This document shows, piece by piece, positions 53,603 through 64,000 of a DNA stretch of 64,000 nucleotides; positions within the stretch are counted from its first letter, which is position 1; each line of letters starts with the position of its first letter. Source of the stretch: Parcubacteria group bacterium Gr01-1014_20 (GTDB taxonomy: Bacteria; Patescibacteriota; Minisyncoccia; UBA6257; 2-01-FULL-56-20); contig VMFW01000003.1 in the NCBI GenBank assembly GCA_007376265.1, positions 1,315 through 65,314 on the forward strand, read 5' to 3'. A program made the translations under genes and the position numbers. Under the pieces are notes generated by a model, which saw nothing but the letters and a program-made list of their open reading frames with translations, did no database searches and was not told where the DNA came from.

Positions 53603-54943
53603 ATGCCCAAAAAAACAATAGTTAAAAGAGGAGGTAAGTTAAGAAATCAAGAAAAAGTTTTTACTGGACCAGCTCACGTTTCAGACATTTTACCCGTAGA
53701 TTGGCCGTGGTTTGATCGAGTAAGAACCGTGACCGAAGACCTCGCTAATTTTTACGGATTCAGAGTGGTGAAGACGCCAGTCCTAGAGAGGGCTGACTTT
53801 TTTTCGACCGTGTATGACCAAGATCCGTCTTTTTTTGAGCAGCAATCTTTAACTTTGAAAGCAAAGGGTTCGGGGCAGTTGGTCTTGCGAATGGACGGGA
53901 TGCCAGCCGTTCTTAGATCTTATTTCGAGCACGGACTTGGGAAAATGCTTCAGCCCCAAAAACTTTTTTATGAGGGCGAGATTTACAGGCAGTCGGAGAT
54001 TTTGCCGGGGAAAAGGATGCTTCACCAGTATGGGTTCGAGATAGTGGGCGGTAGCAATGATCCCCTTTACGACGCCCAGATAATTTTGGTGATGGAGAGA
54101 CTTCTTAAGTCGTTCAGGATAAAGGGTTTCACCCTATCAGTTAATTCTATGGGGTGTCGAAATTGCCACCAGGCTTATAAAAAACAGTTGCAGGCCTACT
54201 ATCGAAACCATGAAAAAGAAATTTGTGATAGTTGCTCTACGGACCTTCAGAAAAATCCCTTATTGCTTATGGCTTGTCAGAAGGAGGAGTGTGAGGGATT
54301 AAAGGAGAAAGCGCCCAGTTTTCTCGATAAGATCTGCAGTTCTTGCAGTCGAAATTTCAGAGCGGTGCTCGAATATCTCGATGAGCTTGAAATTCCATAT
54401 GTCCTCGACAATCGCGTGATCAACGCTTGGGATTTTTATAATCAAATTCTATTCGAGTTTTCTCTGGAGAGCGAGAAGGGAAAACCATTGGTGCTCGCGC
54501 GAGGCGGGCGACACGATTTTTTGAGTGAGATAATCGGGGGCAAGGTAACACCAGCCGTGGGCGGGTCGATTTTCGCAGAAGCGATCATCGAGGCCATGAA
54601 AGCTCAGGATGTTAAGTTGCCGGCCAAGAATCAAAAAGGGGTTTTTATTGTTCACGTGGGCGAGCTGGCAAAAAAGAAGTCTTTAAGGGTTGTTGAAGAG
54701 CTTAGGCAGGGTGGCATTTCCGTTACCGAGGCGTTAGGCCGAGAATCGATTAAATCCCAGCTTAAAATGGCGGCTCGCCTAGGGGCACAGCTAGCGCTGC
54801 TTTTTGGACAGAAAGAGGTTTATGAGGAGAGTATAATTCTTCGAGATCTCAGGACCGGCTTGCAAGAGACCGTTATTTTGTCTAAGATAGTGTCCGAGAT
54901 TCAGAGGCGACTAAAGGAGAAATTCCCAGTAGTGGAAGGTTAA
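53603..54943 (+). CDS. hisS: histidine--tRNA ligase
   Basis: Class II motifs: LRMDGMPAVLRSYFEH (cf. LRPEGTA.V.R), YEGEIYRQSEILPGKRMLHQYGFEIVG (motif 2 region), and a C-terminal anticodon-binding domain. Confidence 0.8.
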   Translation: MPKKTIVKRGGKLRNQEKVFTGPAHVSDILPVDWPWFDRVRTVTEDLANFYGFRVVKTPVLERADFFSTVYDQDPSFFEQQSLTLKAKGSGQLVLRMDGMPAVLRSYFEHGLGKMLQPQKLFYEGEIYRQSEILPGKRMLHQYGFEIVGGSNDPLYDAQIILVMERLLKSFRIKGFTLSVNSMGCRNCHQAYKKQLQAYYRNHEKEICDSCSTDLQKNPLLLMACQKEECEGLKEKAPSFLDKICSSCSRNFRAVLEYLDELEIPYVLDNRVINAWDFYNQILFEFSLESEKGKPLVLARGGRHDFLSEIIGGKVTPAVGGSIFAEAIIEAMKAQDVKLPAKNQKGVFIVHVGELAKKKSLRVVEELRQGGISVTEALGRESIKSQLKMAARLGAQLALLFGQKEVYEESIILRDLRTGLQETVILSKIVSEIQRRLKEKFPVVEG

Positions 54944-54947
54944 ATAA

Positions 54948-55376
54948 ATGGATTGTTTGTTTTGTAAAATTGCTACTTTAGAGATTGAGGCTAAAATTTT
55001 AGCTAAAAATGATGACGCGGTGGCGGTTTTAGACATTAACCCTAGGGCACCTGGACACACCATGGTTCTCCCCAGAGTTCATGCCGATTCCATTTTAGAC
55101 CTGCCGGATTCAAAGCTAGGATCGATTTTCGGGTTAGTAAAAGTAATGACTGACGTTTTAAATAAAGTTTTTAGTCCGGACGGGTTTACAATCGGAATTA
55201 ATCATGGGAGAGCAGCGGGTCAAGCGGTTGATCACTTGCATATCCATATTATACCCAGATGGAGAGGCGATGGGGGGAGTTCGATTCACGGCGTGGTAAA
55301 TAATCCACCCCACGATTCACTGGATGAGGTCGAGCGGAGAATTAAAAATTTTTTGGGAGATACAATGGTTAAATAA
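54948..55376 (+). CDS. HIT-family (histidine triad) hydrolase
   Basis: CLFCKI ... VDHLHIHIIPR (HxHxHxx motif). Confidence 0.9.
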   Translation: MDCLFCKIATLEIEAKILAKNDDAVAVLDINPRAPGHTMVLPRVHADSILDLPDSKLGSIFGLVKVMTDVLNKVFSPDGFTIGINHGRAAGQAVDHLHIHIIPRWRGDGGSSIHGVVNNPPHDSLDEVERRIKNFLGDTMVK

Positions 55377-55377
55377 A

Positions 55378-55590
55378 ATGGTTAAAGTATTAAAAAAAGA
55401 AGGAGAAGCTCCAAGCGCGTTACTTTTTAGATTCACAAAGAAAATAAAGCAGAGTGGAGTTCTTAAAGAATCTAGGAAACGGCGTTTTACGAGCAGAAAG
55501 CCCAACAAGAGAAAGGCCAGACTCTTGGCTAGTCACCGAGCAACTAGACGGAGCCAGATCGAAAGGTTGAGAAAGTTGGGTTTATCCTAG
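55378..55590 (+). CDS. rpsU: 30S ribosomal protein S21
   Basis: MVKVLKKEGEAPSALLFRFTKKIKQSGVLKESRKRRFTSRKPNKRKARLLA matches the S21 consensus (FKR.CEK.GVL.E.RRR.FYEKP..RK). The track ORF extends upstream into the HIT gene. Confidence 0.85.
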   Translation: MVKVLKKEGEAPSALLFRFTKKIKQSGVLKESRKRRFTSRKPNKRKARLLASHRATRRSQIERLRKLGLS

Positions 55591-55595
55591 GACTT

Positions 55596-56045
55596 ATGAG
55601 TCTCATCGAGCAAATCAATCTTGAATTTAAGGAGGCGTTTAAATCCAGGAAGGAGATAAAGGTGAACGTTTTAAGGTTTCTGAACGCTCAACTTCACAAC
55701 CGTCGCATTGAAAAAAGATCAAAAGGGGGTGATGTAGAGTTAAGTGATGACGAGGTTTTGGATGTTTTGGGGAAAGAGGTTAAAAAGCGAAAGGAAGCAA
55801 TCGAGCTTTTTAAAAAGAGTGGTAGAGGAGACTTAGTAAAGAAAGAAGAAGAGGAGCTGGTTTTTCTTGAAATCTATTTGCCAAAACAGGTGAGTCGGAA
55901 GGAGATTGAGGAAAAGGTTGAAGCTATTTTGGCCGGAGGCGGGGGCGACTTTGTTTCGACAATGAAAACTCTGATGGCTGAGTTTAAGGGTAGGATTGAC
56001 GGGAAGATCGCCACGGAGATTATCAAGAACAAACTAGGCCAGTAA
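55596..56045 (+). CDS. GatB/YqeY-domain protein
   Basis: MSLIEQINLEFKEAFKSRKEIKVNVLRFL ... position downstream of rpsU is typical for yqeY. Confidence 0.75.
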   Translation: MSLIEQINLEFKEAFKSRKEIKVNVLRFLNAQLHNRRIEKRSKGGDVELSDDEVLDVLGKEVKKRKEAIELFKKSGRGDLVKKEEEELVFLEIYLPKQVSRKEIEEKVEAILAGGGGDFVSTMKTLMAEFKGRIDGKIATEIIKNKLGQ

Positions 56046-56046
56046 T

Positions 56047-56490
56047 ATGCAAAACAGGGTTTTCGTAACTGTTTTGGATGCTAAGTTTCGGAAGCTTGAA
56101 GGTGAGACACGTTTCGTTTCTCTGAAGGTTTTAGAAATTTTAAAAAGAAAGAAAATTTTTCTAGAGGTTTACTTAGTCAGCGAGGATTCAATCCGGAGGC
56201 TGAACCGAGACTACCGAGGTTCCGACAAACCGACCAACGTCTTGAGTTTCGGGGAGGTTTCGAAGTCCGTTTTTAAAGAGCCTGAGAACGACTTAGGGAA
56301 AGGTTTTCGGGGGATCGGGGAGATCTACTTGTGCCCGAGCTACATTGCCAGGTTCAAAGAGGACTTTCGTCTGATGCTCACGCATGGCCTTTTGCATCTT
56401 TTGGGCTATGACCACGAGCGGAGGAGTGATAGAATAAGAATGCAAAATTTGGAAAAGCGAATATGTCGAAAAATTTTATCGTTGGTTTAG
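56047..56490 (+). CDS. ybeY: rRNA maturation endoribonuclease YbeY
   Basis: HGLLHLLGYDHE zinc-binding H3xH5xH motif; 147 aa. Confidence 0.9.
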   Translation: MQNRVFVTVLDAKFRKLEGETRFVSLKVLEILKRKKIFLEVYLVSEDSIRRLNRDYRGSDKPTNVLSFGEVSKSVFKEPENDLGKGFRGIGEIYLCPSYIARFKEDFRLMLTHGLLHLLGYDHERRSDRIRMQNLEKRICRKILSLV

Positions 56491-57695
56491 ATATTGGAAC
56501 GGCTAAGATAAAGGCGGCTGTTTTGGACGGCAGTGGTAAGAAGCCTGTGGTAAGGGCGCTTTTTAAAGAGCAATCGGGGGGTCTTAAGAAGGGAGCTATT
56601 TTTGATGTTACCGAGGCGGCCCAGTCGATAGGAAGGGTTTTGTCGGAGATAAGGCGGATATCTAAGAATGCCACCCGAAATATTTATGTGAATATTGGAA
56701 CACCCCAAGTTAAATCTCAAACTTCGAGAGGGGTGGTGGCGGTTTCGCGGGCTGATAACGAAATTTATAAAGACGATGTTGATCGAGTGGTTCGAGCCAG
56801 TCAGGCGGTGAATTTGGGTCAGAACCGCATGATAATTCATACTTTGACTAGAGATTTCGTGATTGATGGGGTGGGAGATATTTTTGACCCACTTGGGATG
56901 AGCGGAAGCCGGCTTGAGGTTAACAGCCTTGTGGTAGATGCGTTTAGTCCCCACGTGAAAAGTTTAGTTAAGGTGATAGAGTTAACCGGCGGAGATGTGG
57001 GAGGGCTGGTTTTTTCACCGCTTGCGGCGAGTCGGGCGGTTTTAACTAAAGATCAGAAAGATTTAGGGATTGTGATGGTGGATATTGGATTTGGAACAAC
57101 TGGTTTAAGCGTTTATGAGGACGGGAGACTCATAACAGTTTCTAAGTTTCCGGTTGGAGCGGGAAATATTTCTAATGATTTGGCGGTGGGATTGAAGATT
57201 CCGATTCTTGCGGCTGAAAACCTAAAATTGAACTACGGCCACGCCTTCTCAAAGAGTGTTGGGGCACGGGAGACGATTGAACTCGCGAAGCTTTCTCCGG
57301 AGTCAAGAGGAGCTGTTTCACGAAGATTTGTGGCCGATATTATCGAGGCGAGGCTATCTGAGATATTTGAGTTTGTTAATAATGAGTTGAAGTTAATTGG
57401 GCGAGCAGGAAAACTGGTGGGTGGGGTGGTTTTTGTTGGTGGGGGGGCTAAGTTGCCGGGGCTCACCGAACTTGCTAAGCAGGAGCTTAAGCTTTTTAGT
57501 CAGGTGGGTTTTTCGGTGAATCATGATTGGTTGGAATTACCGCCGGAATGTTCCGAGGCTATGGAGGACCCGGAGTTTTCGGGGGCAGTGGGACTGGCGC
57601 TTTGGGGAGCTGATCAAGAGGGTTGGTTGCCAAAGGGAGAAGCTTCTGGTATCTTGGGAAGAATAAAGAAGTTTATCGGGAGTTTTAACCCATAA
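56463..57695 (+). CDS. ftsA: cell division protein FtsA
   Basis: Actin-like ATPase (FIVGLDIGTAKIKAAV ... VDIGFGTTGLSVYEDG); 410 aa; overlaps ybeY by 28 nt. Confidence 0.9.
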   Translation: MSKNFIVGLDIGTAKIKAAVLDGSGKKPVVRALFKEQSGGLKKGAIFDVTEAAQSIGRVLSEIRRISKNATRNIYVNIGTPQVKSQTSRGVVAVSRADNEIYKDDVDRVVRASQAVNLGQNRMIIHTLTRDFVIDGVGDIFDPLGMSGSRLEVNSLVVDAFSPHVKSLVKVIELTGGDVGGLVFSPLAASRAVLTKDQKDLGIVMVDIGFGTTGLSVYEDGRLITVSKFPVGAGNISNDLAVGLKIPILAAENLKLNYGHAFSKSVGARETIELAKLSPESRGAVSRRFVADIIEARLSEIFEFVNNELKLIGRAGKLVGGVVFVGGGAKLPGLTELAKQELKLFSQVGFSVNHDWLELPPECSEAMEDPEFSGAVGLALWGADQEGWLPKGEASGILGRIKKFIGSFNP

Positions 57696-57699
57696 TTCA

Positions 57700-58932
57700 A
57701 TGGCTAAAAAAGAGAAAAAAGAGAAGATGCAGTCACCCCTATCGGGCATTAAAGTGGTGGGAGTTGGTGGGGCTGGGGGTAACATGGTGACCAGGATGGG
57801 CAAGGATTTTGTGAGGGGGGTAGATTTTATCGCGATAAATACTGACCACCAGGATTTGGATCATTCTGAGGCCAAGAGGAAAATTTATATTGGTCGTAAT
57901 CTGACTCGGGGGTTAGGTACGGGCATGAGTCCGGAGTTGGGCCGGCAGGCGGCAGAAGAAAACCGGTCGGAGATAGCTGAGGCGCTTAGTGGGGCCGACA
58001 TTATTTTTATAGCGGCTGGTTTTGGGGGTGGAACAGGAACGGGGGCTTCTCCGGTAGTAGCCGAGGTGGCAAAGCAATCTGGGGCTTTGACCCTGGCTTT
58101 TGTGGCGAAACCATTTGCTTTTGAAGGGACCCAGCGGGATAAGGTGGCTATCGAGGGACTAGCGAGACTTAGAGATAAGGTGGACGCACTGGTTGTGGTA
58201 GCAAACGATAGAGTTTTCACGATTATCAGTAAAGATACAACTATCAATAAAGCTTTTGAGGTGATTGACGAGGTTTTAAAGAACGCTCTTCGGGGAATAG
58301 TGGAGCTGATTGTTACGCCTGGGATTATTAACGTAGATTTTGCCGATGTAAAAAGCATTATTCAGGATGCCGGGTCGGCTATAATTGGATCTGGCTTAGC
58401 AACTGGTCAAGATAGGGCGATTGCGGCAGTAAATCAAGCTTTAAACTCGCCACTATTGGACGTGAGCGCGGAAGGGGCCAAAGGAGTGCTTCTAGGCATT
58501 TCTGGTGGGAGAGACCTCAAGATGACGGAAATTAATGAGGCGGCCAAAGTAGTGGCCCAAACGGCTGATCCTGGGGCTCGGATAATTTTTGGGGCTTACT
58601 ACGACAGGAGGCTTAAACCCAACCAGATCAAGGTTACTTTGATAGCCACCGGGTTTAACAGCGTTCAGCCGGTTAATTCTTTGTTTGTAAACGAATTTGA
58701 GGCTAAAAAGCCAGAATTTTTAAACGGATTTAAATCAGACGCCACTCAAGACCAAAAATTTAAACCCCTCAAAGATGTTGGGGTGGGGAGACCGGTTGAG
58801 CCACAGCCGAAACCAGGAGCGATATTAGCCAAGGCCTCGATTGAGAAAATAAATTTAGCGGAAGAGAAAAAGAAGGAACGAGAAAGCGATATTTGGGATA
58901 TCCCGACTTTTTTGAGGAAAAGAAAAAAATAA
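57700..58932 (+). CDS. ftsZ: cell division protein FtsZ
   Basis: GIKVVGVGGAGGNMV and the tubulin signature GGGTGTGASPVVAE. Confidence 0.95.
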   Translation: MAKKEKKEKMQSPLSGIKVVGVGGAGGNMVTRMGKDFVRGVDFIAINTDHQDLDHSEAKRKIYIGRNLTRGLGTGMSPELGRQAAEENRSEIAEALSGADIIFIAAGFGGGTGTGASPVVAEVAKQSGALTLAFVAKPFAFEGTQRDKVAIEGLARLRDKVDALVVVANDRVFTIISKDTTINKAFEVIDEVLKNALRGIVELIVTPGIINVDFADVKSIIQDAGSAIIGSGLATGQDRAIAAVNQALNSPLLDVSAEGAKGVLLGISGGRDLKMTEINEAAKVVAQTADPGARIIFGAYYDRRLKPNQIKVTLIATGFNSVQPVNSLFVNEFEAKKPEFLNGFKSDATQDQKFKPLKDVGVGRPVEPQPKPGAILAKASIEKINLAEEKKKERESDIWDIPTFLRKRKK

Positions 58933-58954
58933 CTTCTCCATGGAAGTTATTTTT

Positions 58955-60037
58955 TTATTCGATTTCTTCAAGTTCGCGGGGTTTCTCGAGAGTGAGAGGT
59001 TCAGTGCCGACAGCGGTGCCGGTGATTTTTAGCACATCTTTGTCAATTTTGGTGAATTCTCTATAAGCGTTGTTATACGAGCCAACTGTGAGGGTAATGT
59101 TTTTGCCAACTCTAATGAAGTGATCGTCGTATGTTTTAAGATGTCTTCGCAGGTTTTCTACATGCTTTATAATCTCTTTGGTCTGTTCGGATATTTTTTG
59201 ATTACGTAATCCCTGAAGAACTGTTTGAAGATATGCTAAGAATGAGGTTGGAGAGACGATAATGACTTTTTTTTCTCCCGCATAGGCTATTAAATTGCGT
59301 GTATCATCCGTTATTGCACCGACTTTGTTGATTAATAGGTCGTAGTATACGGCCTCGGAAGGAATAAACATGAAGGCGAAATCCATAGTGTCTTCCTCTG
59401 GTTTTACGTATTTTGATGTTTCGTCGATGCGCAACTTTAAGTCAGCTATAAAAGCTGACTCGTATTTTTTTCGTTCGGGCGTTCCGATGGCAGATTCTAG
59501 GATTCTATTATAGTTTTCTAGGCTAAACTTAGAATCTATTGGAACAATTCTCTTGTCTACGAAAACTACAGCATCTACAATGACTCCATCTGAAAAAGCA
59601 TATTGCATTTGGTAGGATCCTGGTGGTAGGACGTTCTTTAAAACCGTTTCCAGGTAGTATTCTCCTAGAATTCCTCTCTGTTTTGGATTTTTTAGGATAT
59701 CCTGAAGGTTTTTTAGTTGGTCAGCAAAACTTACAACTTGCTTGTTTGTTTCATCTAGGCGAGTCAGTTTTTCGGTGATTTCCCCAATAATTTTAGCGTT
59801 TTGGCCAAACTGAGTTTGGAACGTGCGGGTAGACTCTGCTAGTTTTGAATCCATAGTTCGATTTAGGTCTATTATGTGGCTTTGAACAGTTCTATTGTTC
59901 TCTTTGATTTGGTCTATTAGTAGTGCGAGTGACTTATCCTCGGCCTTGTCAGTCTTTTGAGATTTTATGAGTTGCCAAATAAGGCCGAAGCCAATTATCA
60001 AGATTAGACCAATAGCTACCAAGAAGATAATTTCCAT
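58955..60037 (-). CDS. rmuC: DNA recombination protein RmuC
   Basis: N-terminal TM segment, long coiled-coil, C-terminal nuclease-like domain with VPIDSKFSLENY (cf. RmuC IDAKFPLE). Confidence 0.7.
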   Translation of the reverse strand: MEIIFLVAIGLILIIGFGLIWQLIKSQKTDKAEDKSLALLIDQIKENNRTVQSHIIDLNRTMDSKLAESTRTFQTQFGQNAKIIGEITEKLTRLDETNKQVVSFADQLKNLQDILKNPKQRGILGEYYLETVLKNVLPPGSYQMQYAFSDGVIVDAVVFVDKRIVPIDSKFSLENYNRILESAIGTPERKKYESAFIADLKLRIDETSKYVKPEEDTMDFAFMFIPSEAVYYDLLINKVGAITDDTRNLIAYAGEKKVIIVSPTSFLAYLQTVLQGLRNQKISEQTKEIIKHVENLRRHLKTYDDHFIRVGKNITLTVGSYNNAYREFTKIDKDVLKITGTAVGTEPLTLEKPRELEEIE

Positions 60038-60109
60038 CCTTTTATTACTATAATTTTAGCTTTTTGGGAACGAAAAGAAAAACCTAGCTTGAGTTGTTTT
60101 TTTTTCCTC

Positions 60110-60490
60110 TTATCGGACAGTGATTACCGCTTGATGGCTTGGATCTAGCTCGTCGTGATATTTCCATACGCCCGGTTCGGTGAAGGTGAAGTTCCAGGAT
60201 TCGCCAGTTTGAAATTCTTTTCCTGGATCAAAATTTAAATAAGCACTGGAGGTTGGGTGGGGGTCTGATATGGGCCACATGTTAGATTTCCCTAGGTTTT
60301 TAAATGTAATCGTATCTCCCGTTTTTATGAAGGCTTCTTTTGGTATGTAGCCGTTTACCCCGTAAATAATTTCTTTGGTTTTTGTAACGGGGATTGGGGT
60401 CCTTGAATTCTGGATTTTTGAAAACAGGATAATGACAATTATTATGAGTGTCGATACGACAATTATCAGCCAAGTGCGTTTTTTGTTCAC
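60110..60490 (-). CDS. hypothetical membrane-anchored protein with cupredoxin-like beta-sandwich features (no Cu ligands evident)
   Basis: N-terminal TM segment, then a GDTITFKN ... beta-rich domain. No Cys. Confidence 0.3.
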   Translation of the reverse strand: MNKKRTWLIIVVSTLIIIVIILFSKIQNSRTPIPVTKTKEIIYGVNGYIPKEAFIKTGDTITFKNLGKSNMWPISDPHPTSSAYLNFDPGKEFQTGESWNFTFTEPGVWKYHDELDPSHQAVITVR

Positions 60491-60532
60491 GGTTTAGATT
60501 TTCTATTGATTGCAACGGTGTGGTTTCGGTTT

Positions 60533-61138
60533 TTAGTTAGTACCACCTCCATGAGGTGCGCTTGGAGTCGAAGTGGGACTGGGTTGAGTTGAGGTGGGTT
60601 TTGGCGGGGAGGGTGGTTTTTGGACTGGGACGACTTGAGTCGCAGAAGGGTTGGGTTCTGCTGTTGGAGTAGAGCTGCTGGGGCTGGTCGTGGTGACGCT
60701 CAGGTTTTTTAGAATTTCTTGATCAAGATTGGGAGGAGGGGTTTTGGGGGTGAAGGTTTCTGGATAGGCGTTTTTTAGGTAGATTCTTGCTCCCACGCTG
60801 ATCGCGACGATGGTGGGGATTAGGATTAGAGGCAGGTAGCTTTTTTTTGGTAGGTTTACCGGCAGTTTTTTAGGCCCCTCTTTCTTGAGTGGCTCATACT
60901 GCTCTATCGTTTCTTTGAGGTGAGCGAAGCGTAGCTGGCTGACTGGGGTTTTGACGTCGTAGTCTGGGGTTTTCTTACTTTCTTCTTTTGGGGTAGCGGT
61001 TTTAACCGCCGTCAGGGTGTCAGAAATATCAACTTCCTTCCAGCCAACCGAAGCTAAATCGGTCTTAATGATTTCTTCCGACTTTCCGTTCTGGAGATTT
61101 TTGCGGATGAAATCTTCTATTTCTTTGATAACTGGCAT
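60533..61138 (-). CDS. hypothetical membrane protein with Pro/Ser/Thr-rich C-terminal tail
   Basis: 201 aa; TM segment (LPLILIPTIVAISVGARIYL); C-terminal PSPPKPTSTQPSPTSTPSAP. Confidence 0.4.
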   Translation of the reverse strand: MPVIKEIEDFIRKNLQNGKSEEIIKTDLASVGWKEVDISDTLTAVKTATPKEESKKTPDYDVKTPVSQLRFAHLKETIEQYEPLKKEGPKKLPVNLPKKSYLPLILIPTIVAISVGARIYLKNAYPETFTPKTPPPNLDQEILKNLSVTTTSPSSSTPTAEPNPSATQVVPVQKPPSPPKPTSTQPSPTSTPSAPHGGGTN

Positions 61139-61215
61139 TAACTTGGCGTATTTTTGTAAGACAGCTTGGTCGGGACTGCTTAATTTTAACAGAACAAGCG
61201 GACGAGCAAAATAGC

Positions 61216-61653
61216 TTAAGAAGCGACTAGGCCTCCTCGATCGGCAAAGTAGGTTTCGATGTTTAAATTTTTGTCTAAGTTGGCCTTAAGTAGCAGGCGA
61301 GCTTTTTGAAATTCTGTTTTATGAAAAACACTCTCTTCGTTTTCGGTCTCGAATTTTTTCCCATAAGCGCCACAGTTAGCGTGATTTACGAGGATGATGT
61401 TTGGGGCGTGGTGGAGCTCGATCAGTTTTTTGATCTGACCAAAAGCAAATGAATTTTCGGGTTTTATGGCATCGGCTAAGTCTTTGGAGCCACCGGCGAT
61501 TTTTACTAGATCGACGTGTTTAAATTGCTTGAGTTTTATGAAATCACTTAAGAGGCTTGAAAACCTATCGTCGACGCACCAGAGGATGACCGCGTCAGCC
61601 TGATAGTGAGCCATATCGATTTCGCTTTTTATTAGTCTGTTTTCGTTTGTCAT
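61216..61653 (-). CDS. hypothetical protein with beta-carbonic-anhydrase-like zinc-ligand motifs (CxDxR ... HxxC)
   Basis: WCVDDRF and VNHANCGAYG ~75 residues apart. 145 aa, shorter than canonical beta-CAs. Confidence 0.35.
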   Translation of the reverse strand: MTNENRLIKSEIDMAHYQADAVILWCVDDRFSSLLSDFIKLKQFKHVDLVKIAGGSKDLADAIKPENSFAFGQIKKLIELHHAPNIILVNHANCGAYGKKFETENEESVFHKTEFQKARLLLKANLDKNLNIETYFADRGGLVAS

Positions 61654-61661
61654 CGTAATTA

Positions 61662-64000
<2,339 letters not shown>

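Overview
This 64-kb window is densely coded on both strands, looks chromosomal and has moderate GC. It carries core functions: rpsO-pnp, recA, a rodZ-like gene, ftsK, htrA, clpB, a gyrB-type subunit, secE-nusG, rpsR, parAB, rel, topA-dprA, pth, lepB, hisS, rpsU-yqeY-ybeY-ftsA-ftsZ, rmuC and the atpGDC end of the F-ATPase operon. It also has three intact tRNAs plus a fourth, tRNA-Leu(TAG), beside a recombinase cassette, and a long type IV pilus / competence locus with several pilin-like genes, pilB, pilC and a PilM-PilN fusion but no secretin. The gene content and small protein sizes fit a small-genome monoderm bacterium, plausibly Patescibacteria/CPR; that placement is inference. Accessory or unusual content: (1) at the 5' end, tRNA-Leu is followed by two ~45-bp direct repeats, each holding a 28-bp dif-like palindrome, which bracket a single gene (wHTH + Cas2-like fold) next to a Xer-family tyrosine recombinase; (2) a ~33-bp GGATCC-centred palindromic element recurs at least five times just after gene stops, often with ATCATG-type short tandem repeats; (3) a small-protein gene with two RNase-H-fold nuclease genes and a 20-bp perfect inverted repeat; (4) clpB appears disrupted by an ~80-nt internal deletion with frameshift; (5) a tRNA-Ile 5'-half pseudo-copy with an inserted hairpin module; (6) several GC-rich structured non-coding stretches (8.56-8.87 kb, pilB-pilC spacer, 34.28-34.47 kb); (7) many genes have TATAAT-like -10 boxes 4-14 nt before the start codon with no Shine-Dalgarno sequence. 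No rRNA and no CRISPR array were seen. Coordinates follow the supplied ORF track, with start codons moved only where the alignment argued for it; some positions may be off by 1-3 nt.
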